DNA from: an uncultured Holophagales bacterium | GTDB taxonomy: Bacteria; Acidobacteriota; Thermoanaerobaculia; Multivoradales; UBA5704 | Assembly (NCBI GenBank): GCA_963842525.1 | Contig: CAWJGT010000007.1 | Location: forward strand, 32,001-96,000 | Direction: 5' to 3' | Length of the DNA stretch: 64,000 nt | Shown here: piece by piece, positions 1-8,206 of the stretch | Numbering within the stretch: the stretch's first letter is position 1 | Layout of the letters: each line of letters begins with the position of its first letter | Position numbers and translations under genes: made by a program | Notes under the pieces: model-generated | What the model saw: only the letters and a program-made list of their open reading frames with translations | Told to the model about the DNA's origin: nothing | The model's database searches: none

Positions 1-771
1 CTCGCCGGGGTAGTAGGAGAGCTCGTGGCCCGGGCGGTGCGGATCGAGCAGCGCGATGTGGAGGTCCGGCCGGAAGAACGGCGTGTCGTTGTTGCCGCCG
101 TCCCAGAGGATCACCTCGGCCTCCTCCTCGGCCTGGCGCAGGATCTTCTCGTAGTCGACGCCCGCATAGACCACGAAGCCGTTGTCGATGTGCGGCTCGT
201 ACTCCTCCCGCTCCTCGATGGTGCATTCCTGGCGGTCGAGGTCCTCGTAGGTCTCGAAGCGCTGCGCCACCTGTTTGGTGAGATCGCCGTAGGGCATGGG
301 ATGGCGGACCGCCACGACCTTCTTGCCGAGGTCGCGCAGGATGCGCGAGATGTAGCGCGTGGTCTGCGACTTGCCGACGCCGGTGCGGACAGCGGTCACC
401 GCGATGACCGGCTTGCTCGACCGCAGCATGGTGCGCAGCGCCGAGCAGATCCCGAAGTGGGCCCCCCAGGCGACCACCCGGCTGCCCTTGTGCATCAGGT
501 CCAGATGCGAGATGTCCGAGTACGAGAACCAGACTTCGTCGATCCCGTGTGTGCGGATCAGCGACTCCAGCTCCTCCTCGGCCCGGATCGGGATGCCCTG
601 CGGATAGAGCGGTCCGGCCAGCACCGGCGGATAGGTCCGCCCCTCGATGTCGGGGATCTGGGCGGCGGTGAAGGCGACGACCTCATAGCGTTCGTCGTCG
701 CGGAACAGGGTGTTGAAATTGTGGAAGTCGCGCCCAGCGGCTCCCATGATGACGACCTTCCTCCGGCCCAT
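1..771 (-). CDS. P-loop protein of the cDPG-synthetase-like/COG2403 family, probable arginine synthetase (ArcE-like); 3' end runs off the window
   Basis: Not in the ORF track. Manual translation from ATG 771 gives MGRRKVVIMGAAGRDFHNFN...AVRTGVGKSQTTR...VRHPMPYGDL...TIEEREEYEPH...WDGGNND. RBS AGAAAGGAGG upstream. Two genes from carbamate kinase. Confidence 0.85.
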   Translation of the reverse strand, partial: MGRRKVVIMGAAGRDFHNFNTLFRDDERYEVVAFTAAQIPDIEGRTYPPVLAGPLYPQGIPIRAEEELESLIRTHGIDEVWFSYSDISHLDLMHKGSRVVAWGAHFGICSALRTMLRSSKPVIAVTAVRTGVGKSQTTRYISRILRDLGKKVVAVRHPMPYGDLTKQVAQRFETYEDLDRQECTIEEREEYEPHIDNGFVVYAGVDYEKILRQAEEEAEVILWDGGNNDTPFFRPDLHIALLDPHRPGHELSYYPGE

Positions 772-825
772 CGATTCCCTCCTTTCTGGCGGCCCGGCCT
801 GGGACATAGAGCATAGAATCGCCCC

Positions 826-1248
826 ATGCTCGACGTCCGAGACCTACCCGCGGTCAACGCGGCGCTCAACAGCCTGGCGGCCATCTTACTCGTGACGGCC
901 TGGGTCCTCATCCGCAGACGGCGGCCGATCGCGCACCGCAACGTGATGATCGCCGCCCTGGTCTGCTCGGCCCTCTTCCTCACCTCCTATCTGACCTACC
1001 ACGCCCAGGTCGGCTCGGTCCGCTTCCAGGGGACCGGCGCGGCGCGGACGGTCTATTTCACGATCCTGCTCACCCATACGATCCTCGCCGCCTGCGTGCC
1101 GTTCCTGGCCGGCATCACGGTCTGGCGGGCGTACCGGAAGCGCTACGACCGCCACGTGCGGATCGCCCGTTGGACCCTGCCGATCTGGCTCTACGTGTCG
1201 GTGACGGGCGTCGTGGTCTACTGGATGCTGTACCAGATGACGTGGTGA
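826..1248 (+). CDS. DUF420 family membrane protein
   Basis: LPAVNAALN, HRNVM, FLTSYLTYH and RWTLPIWLYVSVTGVVVY motifs; about 4 TM helices. Confidence 0.85.
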   Translation: MLDVRDLPAVNAALNSLAAILLVTAWVLIRRRRPIAHRNVMIAALVCSALFLTSYLTYHAQVGSVRFQGTGAARTVYFTILLTHTILAACVPFLAGITVWRAYRKRYDRHVRIARWTLPIWLYVSVTGVVVYWMLYQMTW

Positions 1249-1251
1249 GGC

Positions 1252-2193
1252 TCAGCGCGCCGGCTCGTAGAGCTCGAGCCCTGCCGCGTCGCCCGTGACG
1301 ATCGTGCCGGCCTCGCCGCGGAGGATCCGCTCGAGATCGGCGAGCGCGCCGATGGCGGCAATTTTGCCGGTTTTTTCCACGAATTCGATCGCCGCCTCGA
1401 CCTTCGGGCCCATGGAGCCGGCGGCGAAACCTTGGTCGGCGAGGGCCTGCGGCGCGGCGCGGCGAATTGCCTGCTGCGTCGGCTTGCCCCAGTCGAGATA
1501 GACCGCGTCGGCGTCGGTGGCCATGATGAAGGCATCGACCTCCAGCTCGCGGGCGAGGAGGGAGCCCGCGCGGTCCTTGTCCACCACCGCGTCGATGCCG
1601 TGGAGCTGGCGGCCGGGGGCGTACGAAGTCGGGATGCCGCCACCGCCGGCGCAGATGACGATGCACCCTTTTTCGAGCAGCCACTTGACCGGCCGGATCT
1701 GGAAGATCCGCTGGGGCAGGGGAGAGGGGACCACGCGCCGCCACCCGGGGCCGTCCGGCGCCACCGTCCACCCCTTCTCCTGGGCGAGGCGCTTCGCCTC
1801 CTGCTCCGAGTAGACCGGGCCGATGGGCTTGGTCGGGTTCTGGAAGGCAGGATCGTCCGGATCGACCTCGACCATCGAGAGGATGGTGGCCAGAGGCTGC
1901 TCGAAGGGGAGGATGTTGCCGAGCTCCTGCTCGATCATGTAGCCGATCATCCCCTCGGTCTGTGCGCCGAGCACGTCCAGAGGATAGGGGCTGACCGCGT
2001 GATAGGCGGCGCCCTGGAGCGCCAGGAGGCCCACCTGGGGGCCGTTGCCGTGCGTGATGACGAGCTCGTGCTCGCGGCCGAGGGGAGCCAAGGCCTCGGC
2101 CGCGATCCGGACGTTCCTCCTCTGGTTCTCCGCGCTCAGCTCTTCGCCGCGGCGCAGCAGGGCATTGCCGCCCAGGGCTACCAGGATTCTCAT
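1252..2193 (-). CDS. arcC: Carbamate kinase
   Basis: [49 protein letters not shown]; true start ATG 2193 lies inside the longer listed ORF. Confidence 0.95.
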   Translation of the reverse strand: MRILVALGGNALLRRGEELSAENQRRNVRIAAEALAPLGREHELVITHGNGPQVGLLALQGAAYHAVSPYPLDVLGAQTEGMIGYMIEQELGNILPFEQPLATILSMVEVDPDDPAFQNPTKPIGPVYSEQEAKRLAQEKGWTVAPDGPGWRRVVPSPLPQRIFQIRPVKWLLEKGCIVICAGGGGIPTSYAPGRQLHGIDAVVDKDRAGSLLARELEVDAFIMATDADAVYLDWGKPTQQAIRRAAPQALADQGFAAGSMGPKVEAAIEFVEKTGKIAAIGALADLERILRGEAGTIVTGDAAGLELYEPAR

Positions 2194-2268
2194 CGCAAGC
2201 CGCTCCTTCGCCCTCTTGGGCACGAGAAGCGGAAAGTCTACCCCGGTCCGCTTTAGAATGGTGTCTCG

Positions 2269-3618
2269 ATGACTACCCTCAAAGAGCCCCTCGTGCACGA
2301 GCCCCTCGACACCCTGGATGTCACCGTGTCGGTCCGTGACCCCGGCCCCAACCCCTCCGGCCGGGTGTCGGCCATGGCGGCCGGTCTCGTCGGCTCGGAG
2401 ATCCTCCGCATCGCGGGCGAGATCCGCGTCCTCATGGCCACGGGTAAGCCGGTCTGCAACCTGACGGTCGGCGATTTCGACACCCGCTATTTCCCGATCC
2501 CGGCGCGGCTCTCGGCGGGCATCCATGCCGCTCTCGACCACGGCGAGACCAACTATCCTCCGTCGAGCGGCATCCAGAGGCTGCGGGAGGCGGTCGTCCG
2601 GTTCTATGAACGCGACCTCGGCCTGCGCTATCCGGTCGACTCGGTGCTCATCGCGGGCGGGGCCAGGCCGGTGATCTACGGCATCTTCCGCACCCTGTGC
2701 GATCCCGGCGACCGGGTGGTCTACCCGGTGCCGAGCTGGAACAACAACCACTACATCCACATGGCGGATTGCGTCGGGGTGCCGGTGGTCTGCCGCCCCG
2801 AGCACCGCTTCCTGCCGACCGGAGAATCCCTGGCCGGTGCGCTCCCGGGCGCGCGCCTCCTCTGCCTCAACTCGCCTCTCAACCCCACGGGCACCGCCTT
2901 CTCGCGCGACGCTCTCCTCGGCACCTGCGAGGCGGTGCTCGAAGAGAACGAGTCCCGCGAGCGCCGCGGCGAGCGTCCCCTCTACCTGATGTACGACCAC
3001 ATCTACTGGATGCTCCGCTTCGGCGACACCCAGCACTTCACGCCGCCTGGGCTGTTGCCCGAGATGGCGCGTTACACCGTGTTCGTGGACGGCATCAGCA
3101 AGGCCTTCGCGGCCACCGGGCTGCGCGTCGGCTGGGGAGTCGGCCCCGTGGACGTGATGACGCGCATGTCGGCCGTGCTGGGCCATGTTGGCGCCTGGGC
3201 GCCGCGGCCGGAGCAGGTGGCCACCGTGGGCCTGCTCGACGATGCGGAGGGGACCCGGGATTTCCTCGCCGCCTTCCTGCCGGAGGTCGAAGCACGGCTC
3301 GACCGGCTGCACGAGGGCATCCAGGCGATGAAGGGCCGGGGGCTGCCGGTCGAGAGCATCCCGCCTATGGGAGCCATCTACCTGACGGCCCGGATCCACC
3401 CCTTCGGCCGCCGGACCGCCTCCGGGGACGAGCTGCGCACCAACGACGACGTGCGCCGCTACCTGTTGGAGGCTGCCGGCATCGGGATCATCCCCTTCCA
3501 GGCCTTCGGCGCGACAACGGACGACGGCTGGTTCCGCCTCAGTGTGGGAGCGGTCTCCATCGAGGAGATCGATGCAGCTCTCCCGCGGCTTGAGGAGGCG
3601 CTGCGGCGGTTGGGCTAG
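2269..3618 (+). CDS. Class I/II PLP-dependent (aspartate-type) aminotransferase
   Basis: [34 protein letters not shown] (PLP lysine). Confidence 0.9.
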   Translation: MTTLKEPLVHEPLDTLDVTVSVRDPGPNPSGRVSAMAAGLVGSEILRIAGEIRVLMATGKPVCNLTVGDFDTRYFPIPARLSAGIHAALDHGETNYPPSSGIQRLREAVVRFYERDLGLRYPVDSVLIAGGARPVIYGIFRTLCDPGDRVVYPVPSWNNNHYIHMADCVGVPVVCRPEHRFLPTGESLAGALPGARLLCLNSPLNPTGTAFSRDALLGTCEAVLEENESRERRGERPLYLMYDHIYWMLRFGDTQHFTPPGLLPEMARYTVFVDGISKAFAATGLRVGWGVGPVDVMTRMSAVLGHVGAWAPRPEQVATVGLLDDAEGTRDFLAAFLPEVEARLDRLHEGIQAMKGRGLPVESIPPMGAIYLTARIHPFGRRTASGDELRTNDDVRRYLLEAAGIGIIPFQAFGATTDDGWFRLSVGAVSIEEIDAALPRLEEALRRLG

Positions 3619-3622
3619 TAGT

Positions 3623-4150
3623 TTACTTGAGCAGAAGAATCCCGCCGCCTAGGAAAACAATGAGCATTAGGTAAGCAAGAGCTGCAATCCCGGCAACGCC
3701 AAGAAGTCGGGTAAGCAATGACCACTGTTCCCTGCGGGCGACTGAAAATGCAGCCGCAGCGAAGCCGGCGCCGATACCGGCTGGCACAACACCACCCAGC
3801 GTAAGGATAGGAATGCCCAAGGGTAGCAGACAGGGCACAGTTAAGAACCAGGGCATTGTATAGTTGGAGTCAAGAGGCTGGGCGCCCGAGTCAGCGATGA
3901 AGGCCGTGATGTCTTTCGCCAGGCGGTCGGTATACGCCGCAAATTTCTTGACCGTTAGGTCGAAAGCTGAGCCATTGTGAGCGACTCGCACGCGATTCTC
4001 TTCAAGATAATGGATAGGTGTACCTCGAGGAATATGAAGTTTTGTGCTTCGTCCCTTTTTGAGATGTAAGCCGTCTTCGGCGAGCAGGCACCGGTAGACG
4101 CCGCGAGGCGGAAAGGGTACGTCACTCTTGACATCGACTTTGAACTTCAA
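3623..4150 (-). CDS. Hypothetical membrane protein, lower GC, gene-cassette-like
   Basis: Probable TTG start at 4150 after RBS AAGGAGG; GTTAGGT (GTTRRRY) at 4170-4176; C-terminal hydrophobic helices. Confidence 0.65.
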   Translation of the reverse strand: MKFKVDVKSDVPFPPRGVYRCLLAEDGLHLKKGRSTKLHIPRGTPIHYLEENRVRVAHNGSAFDLTVKKFAAYTDRLAKDITAFIADSGAQPLDSNYTMPWFLTVPCLLPLGIPILTLGGVVPAGIGAGFAAAAFSVARREQWSLLTRLLGVAGIAALAYLMLIVFLGGGILLLK

Positions 4151-4188
4151 GCAACCCTCCTTCTTGAACACCTAACGAGACTGAGCGG

Positions 4189-4299
4189 AGGTCTTCAGCT
4201 TTTCTCAAGCAGTTCGCGGTACTCGGCGAGGCTCAGTATCACGGCCACAGGCCTACCATCCCGGATCACGATCTCGGGTGAGGTTGAGTTGTTCTCCAT
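4189..4299 (-). pseudogene. Truncated copy of the antitoxin at 24418-24621
   Basis: MENNSTSPEIVIRDGRPVAVILSLAEYRELLEK; 4189-4338 aligns to 24512-24660 with about 8 substitutions and 1 indel by manual count. Confidence 0.85.
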
Positions 4300-4562
4300 A
4301 GAAACCACCTCCCAAGCGAGTCTACCAGGGTTCTTGGGCATGCCGCGCGTGGCACTGCCAGGCACTTCTTGACGGCGGTGCCCTTGGACCCGGGGCCGCC
4401 GTCCTTTCTCACCTTCTCAATTGTCAAAGAGCCGGGCGCTCCGCCAGCATCGCGGGAATCGCCTTGCGGCGGTGATCCCGATCTCTCGGTCGATCGGCAT
4501 CATCACACCTTCTTCAATATGCGGTAGCCTGCTACGCTCGACGGCCGAAGTCAAACGAGGCC

Positions 4563-4591
4563 TTGACATCGCCATGCACGTCGTACAGACT
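4563..4591 (+). promoter_or_regulatory. Possible sigma70 promoter for the gene at 4658
   Basis: TTGACA-17 nt-CAGACT; RBS AAGGAG precedes ATG 4658. Confidence 0.4.
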
Positions 4592-4657
4592 ATGCGCACT
4601 CCGTCGCCACTTCCGGCGCTGGATGTCCGAGCCCTCGGGCTCAAGAAGGAGAAGGAA

Positions 4658-5016
4658 ATGGCTGAAGCAACCTATGCAGGAAAACTGGGCGCACTGGCGC
4701 GGTTCATCGCCGCTCTGCTTGCCATGTGTCCGAGCTCGTCCACCTGGACGGCATTCGTGTTCCGATCGAAGCGATCCTGGCCGAGGCCCAGGGCGTCACC
4801 CGGGAACAGGCCGTCCTCACCACCAGCCGGCAGGAGGCGAGCCAGCGCATCCGGGCGCTGCTCATCGAAGGCGACCGGCTGCTGACCGCGGCGAGCAAGA
4901 TCCTCCAGGAGCACTATGGCCTGCAGTCGGAAAAGCTCGCGGAGCTCCACCTGCAGCCCTTCCGCCAGCGCCACCACCGCGATCCCCACGGCCGATCCGC
5001 AGCAGCTCTGCTCTGA
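4658..5016 (+). CDS. Hypothetical helical protein, frameshifted near 4725
   Basis: MAEATYAGKLGALARFIAALLA joins SELVHLDGIR...EQAVLTTSRQEASQR...HYGLQSEKLAELHLQPFR after a one-base shift; strong RBS. Confidence 0.6.
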
Positions 5017-5131
5017 GGAGCGTAGCGGCCACGCTCCCCGTATTCCGCTCCCATCTTCGAACGCTCCCACCGCGCCAGCCCGCGCCACAGCCTCGCAGCA
5101 TCCTCTGCAGATCGATGCAGCTACGCCGTCG

Positions 5132-5518
5132 TAAGCTTATCCGCCGCAGATACCGTTATCCGGGCCAGTGTAAGCTTATCCAGCACAGATAACACTATCC
5201 GCCGCAGATAAGCTTATCCAGCGCGGATACGCTTATCCGGCGTGGATAACACTATCTGCCGCGGATAAGCTTATCCAGGCCAGCGCAAGCTTATCCGGCA
5301 CAGATAACACTATCTGGCGTAGATAAGCTTATCCAGCGCGGATAAGCTTATCCGGCGTGGATAACACTATCTGCCGCGGATAAGCTTATCCAGGCCAGCG
5401 TAAGCTTATCCGGCGCAGATAACACTATCTGGCGTGGATAAGCTTATCTGGCGCAGATACCGTTATCCGGGCCAGTGTAAGCTTATCTGACGTGGATAAC
5501 ATTATCTGGCGCAGATAC
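5132..5518. repeat. Tandem array of about 20 units of ~19 bp with palindromic core GGATAAGCTTATCC
   Basis: Units such as taagcttatccgccgcaga, taacactatctgccgcgga and taccgttatccgggccagtg; a ~115-bp six-unit block is duplicated (about 5206-5320 and 5321-5436). Confidence 0.95.
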
Positions 5519-5557
5519 GCCGTCATGCCGAGGCGGAATCTGTACACCTTCGCTGGT

Positions 5558-5596
5558 CTCTCACGCAGGCGATTTAGCGACGGCCAACGGTTGGGA
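5558..5596 (-). other. Degenerate, internally deleted attC-like remnant
   Basis: On the minus strand, TGA stop then TCCCAAC ... CGCTAAATCGCCTGC GTGAGAG. Confidence 0.3.
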
Positions 5597-5597
5597 G

Positions 5598-6086
5598 TCA
5601 GGCGCCATCGCGCATGCGCTTCGCCTGCCAGTTTCCGGAACGCGGGGGCCAGTCGACGCGCCAGCCGGAGTTGTTGGACGATGGCGATATCGGGGTGTGA
5701 CCACGAACCAGCCATGAACCCGGGCCAACGGATGAGGAGCGCACGGAAGTGCACCGTTTGGTGGGGCAGCGGATTCACTTCGATCTCGGTCCGTAGAGCC
5801 GATGAATCCATTCAGTGAGGGTGATCAGCTCGTTGTTGGATCGAATCCTCAGAACGGGTGAGTCTCTGCGGAAGTTGACCGAGATGAGGCCTGATGTGCC
5901 TTCGAGTTGGCCAGGCTCCGGAAACGCAAGAGGCCCCCTCTCGTAAAGCTCGCCGTGAACCCGACCGTTCCCGGTCTCTTGGAGGTGCATGCGGAAGTGC
6001 ACTCTGTCCGGTTCCCGCGAATGCTCAGGCCGTTCGTCAAAGGGATATTCATAGTACCCCTCCCAGGTGCCAGTGATCTGAAACAT
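5598..6086 (-). CDS. Hypothetical cassette-like protein with two apparent frameshifts
   Basis: MFQITGTWEGYYEYP... continues across frames to ...GWRVDWPPRSGNWQAKRMRDGA* (stop 5598-5600). Confidence 0.5.
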
Positions 6087-6105
6087 CGTTGGGTAGATTA
6101 TAGAC

Positions 6106-6166
6106 GTACGACGTGGATGCCGTTCGGCGGTGGCGCCAGCCGATCGCTGCAATGGCCGGGTTGGGG
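6106..6166 (-). other. Degenerate integron attC-like site
   Basis: CCCCAAC CCGGCCAT TGCAGCG ... CGCCGAA CGGCATCCAC GTCGTAC; starts 13 nt after one stop codon and ends ~20 nt before the next ATG. Confidence 0.5.
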
Positions 6167-6179
6167 GCTATGGGCTATC

Positions 6180-7052
6180 CTATGCCCTCTCTTCGTAGTC
6201 GTCCGACACAGAGGCCCGAAATACCTTGAGAATCTCTTTCTCTGTACGATCGCATACGCCCGCTAGTTCACCGCACGAGGCCTCATTGGCAACGCTGAAA
6301 GCAATGTACTCTTTAAGGGTACGCAGGACTTCAAGTGAGACCACAGCCAAGTAGTTCACATGAGGTTGTACGTTGTTGTCTCGAATTTCAAACGTACCGC
6401 CATCAACTTCAAGATAGTGAAACAGGAGATCGGTCCAGCTGCCATGTATCGTATGAGACCCCATCGACTGAATGGCTATATACCCCTCCGGCGGAAGGTC
6501 CAGATCTCGGCAAATAGAGAAGAAGTCATGCAACGGCTTGCTTGAGCGGACTTCGTCCTCGGTCATTCCTGCGAGTTCGATGCACTGAGCTATGGACTTA
6601 AGCATGCGGTCTTCAACTATCCAATCTCGCCCTCCGCGGTCTGTAATTCGGGATTTAACTTGATCGTGAAGCCTCAGGTCCGCACGTAGCCCATCCGCCA
6701 TGTAACGCTTGAAGAGTCCCGGCTCGTTACGCTTCATTAGCCAGCAGGCCTTGATTGCCGACTCACAAATGCACCGAGTAAGAGCGGCAATCACTTCTCC
6801 ATGCTTCCGCTCCGCCGCGAGCTTTACTGCTGCTAAGATCAGGCGGCTGCACCTGTTGATGAGTCCCCGAATCACGGCATACTCAAGCTCCGGGTGTTCG
6901 ATAACACCAGGAGTTCTGGGGCCTATGGTGCTCAAATGAATGGCAAGCAACCCCACATGGCGACACAACTCAAACGTCGGACGAAGCCAGTCTCTATCCG
7001 AAGAGAACCGGTCCCATTCGGAATCTTCAAACCTTGGCGGCTCTGGCAGCAT
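6180..7052 (-). CDS. DUF5677-like hypothetical protein, lower GC
   Basis: 290-aa ORF with R-x-x-x-E-S-A-I and GSHTIHGSW motifs; GC visibly lower than the flanks. Confidence 0.7.
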   Translation of the reverse strand: MLPEPPRFEDSEWDRFSSDRDWLRPTFELCRHVGLLAIHLSTIGPRTPGVIEHPELEYAVIRGLINRCSRLILAAVKLAAERKHGEVIAALTRCICESAIKACWLMKRNEPGLFKRYMADGLRADLRLHDQVKSRITDRGGRDWIVEDRMLKSIAQCIELAGMTEDEVRSSKPLHDFFSICRDLDLPPEGYIAIQSMGSHTIHGSWTDLLFHYLEVDGGTFEIRDNNVQPHVNYLAVVSLEVLRTLKEYIAFSVANEASCGELAGVCDRTEKEILKVFRASVSDDYEERA

Positions 7053-7130
7053 CTGGCTTCCCTTATGGCGCCCAATCCTGACTCACATATTCGCCGACAC
7101 CGTGCCCACAGGCGTATACGGCAGCCGCCC

Positions 7131-7361
7131 TCAGCGCCGCCGCCGCGCCGCCTTGACCGCGGCCCGACCGAGCGCCGCCGGGGTGGCATGGAACGCCGTC
7201 TCCATTCCCTTCCTGGTCGCCGGCGTCTGCATGCGCTCGAGCAGGATCACCTGTTCCCGCCCTAAGCTTTCCACAACCACCACGCTTCCGTGCTGAACCT
7301 TGTCCACAACCTCCTGGGGTTTCCTGGCAAGGTCGGGTTGGGAGATCGTGGTCCGGGTCAT
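7131..7361 (-). pseudogene. Chimeric Phd-like antitoxin remnant
   Basis: MTRTTISQPDLARKPQEVVDKVQHGSVVVVESLGREQVILLE matches VVESSGREQVILLE at ~24940-24980, then continues with an unrelated tail. Confidence 0.55.
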
Positions 7362-7389
7362 TGGATTGTCCTCGGACCATAGTCTGGCC

Positions 7390-7555
7390 GAGCGACGCCA
7401 CCGCCGGGGGGTTCCTCCGGGTAGGGGAAATCCGGCGCGCTTCCAGCGAGGTCCAGGAACTCCTGGCTCCATCTCCGGCCCGCAGGTTCGAGGACGACCC
7501 TCTCGCCTTCGCGCGAGATCAATCCGGCCTTGAACAGCTTCGCTCTCTGTGACAT
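7390..7555 (-). pseudogene. VapB/AbrB-like antitoxin with internal deletion
   Basis: MSQRAKLFKAG|LISREGERVVLEP...WSQEFLDLAGSAPDFPYPEEP lacks the usual SQAVRLPK segment; RBS GAGGAGG. Confidence 0.6.
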
Positions 7556-7693
7556 GGCACTCCTCCTCGGCATAAAGTACCAGATTCTGGAGTCCTCGAC
7601 CCCGTTTCCCGGTTGAGCGCCCATGCTATGATCCTGAGCCGTGTAGCAGGCTATGAAGCTGACTTCATGTTTCTCTCGATAGAGTCGATTCCC

Positions 7694-7940
7694 ATGCCGA
7701 AGATCATCGGTGTCACCGACCTTCAGCGACGGTTCAAGGCGGTGCTCCACGAGGTGGCCGAGGAGCATGTTTCGTACGTTTTGATCCGGGGAAGCCAGCC
7801 GCGGGCGGCCCTGATTCCCTACGAGGAGTTCCTCCGGTATCAGGAGCTCACGGAAGGCGATGTCCTCCGGCGCTTCGGGCGCCTTCGTGCGCGGATGGCC
7901 GAAGCCAGCGCGAGCCTCAGTGAGGACGAAGTGGCTGCTG
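7694..7940 (+). pseudogene. Phd/YefM antitoxin, 3' end lost, no toxin partner
   Basis: MPKIIGVTDLQRRFKAVLHEVAEEHVSYVLIRGSQPRAALIPYEEF. Confidence 0.65.
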
Positions 7941-8008
7941 GGCGGCGGCACGGGTGGAGCTGGAAGCTTGATCCGAGCTGTCGCTCGATACCTCGATCGG
8001 GGTACTTG

Positions 8009-8170
8009 TTACCCAATTCTTTTACCCAATTCCACCGTTGTTACCCAATTGCGGCTGCTGGCGCCCTCTTCACGCACCTCTCTGGGAGCAGCGAGACCGG
8101 AAAAGGCCCTCTGCAAGAGATCCGGTCGCCTGATCTGCGCAAAGTTGTTCAGGACCGTCGTGTCGGCGGC
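8009..8170 (-). pseudogene. PIN-domain-like toxin fragment
   Basis: AADTTVLNNFAQIRRPDLLQRAF..APREVREE resembles a PIN/DUF3368 N-terminus. Confidence 0.4.
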
Positions 8171-8206
8171 GTTCAACCCGGGGAGGTAGGGTAGGCTTGT
8201 CCGCGC

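Noticed and set aside
25-816. Plus-strand 263-aa ORF and other long antisense or alternate-frame ORFs (e.g. 8009-10078, 14296-16212, 30784-32532, 51644-53656)
   Set aside because: Shadow ORFs of recognisable genes in high-GC DNA, with Arg/Pro/Gly-rich translations and no motifs.
3609-3615. GCCCAAC as the start of a full attC after the 3623 gene
   Set aside because: It lies within the aminotransferase coding end and has no complementary right half; it may be coincidental.
5132-5518. CRISPR array
   Set aside because: Units are contiguous 19-20-mers with no unique spacers, and no cas genes are in the window.
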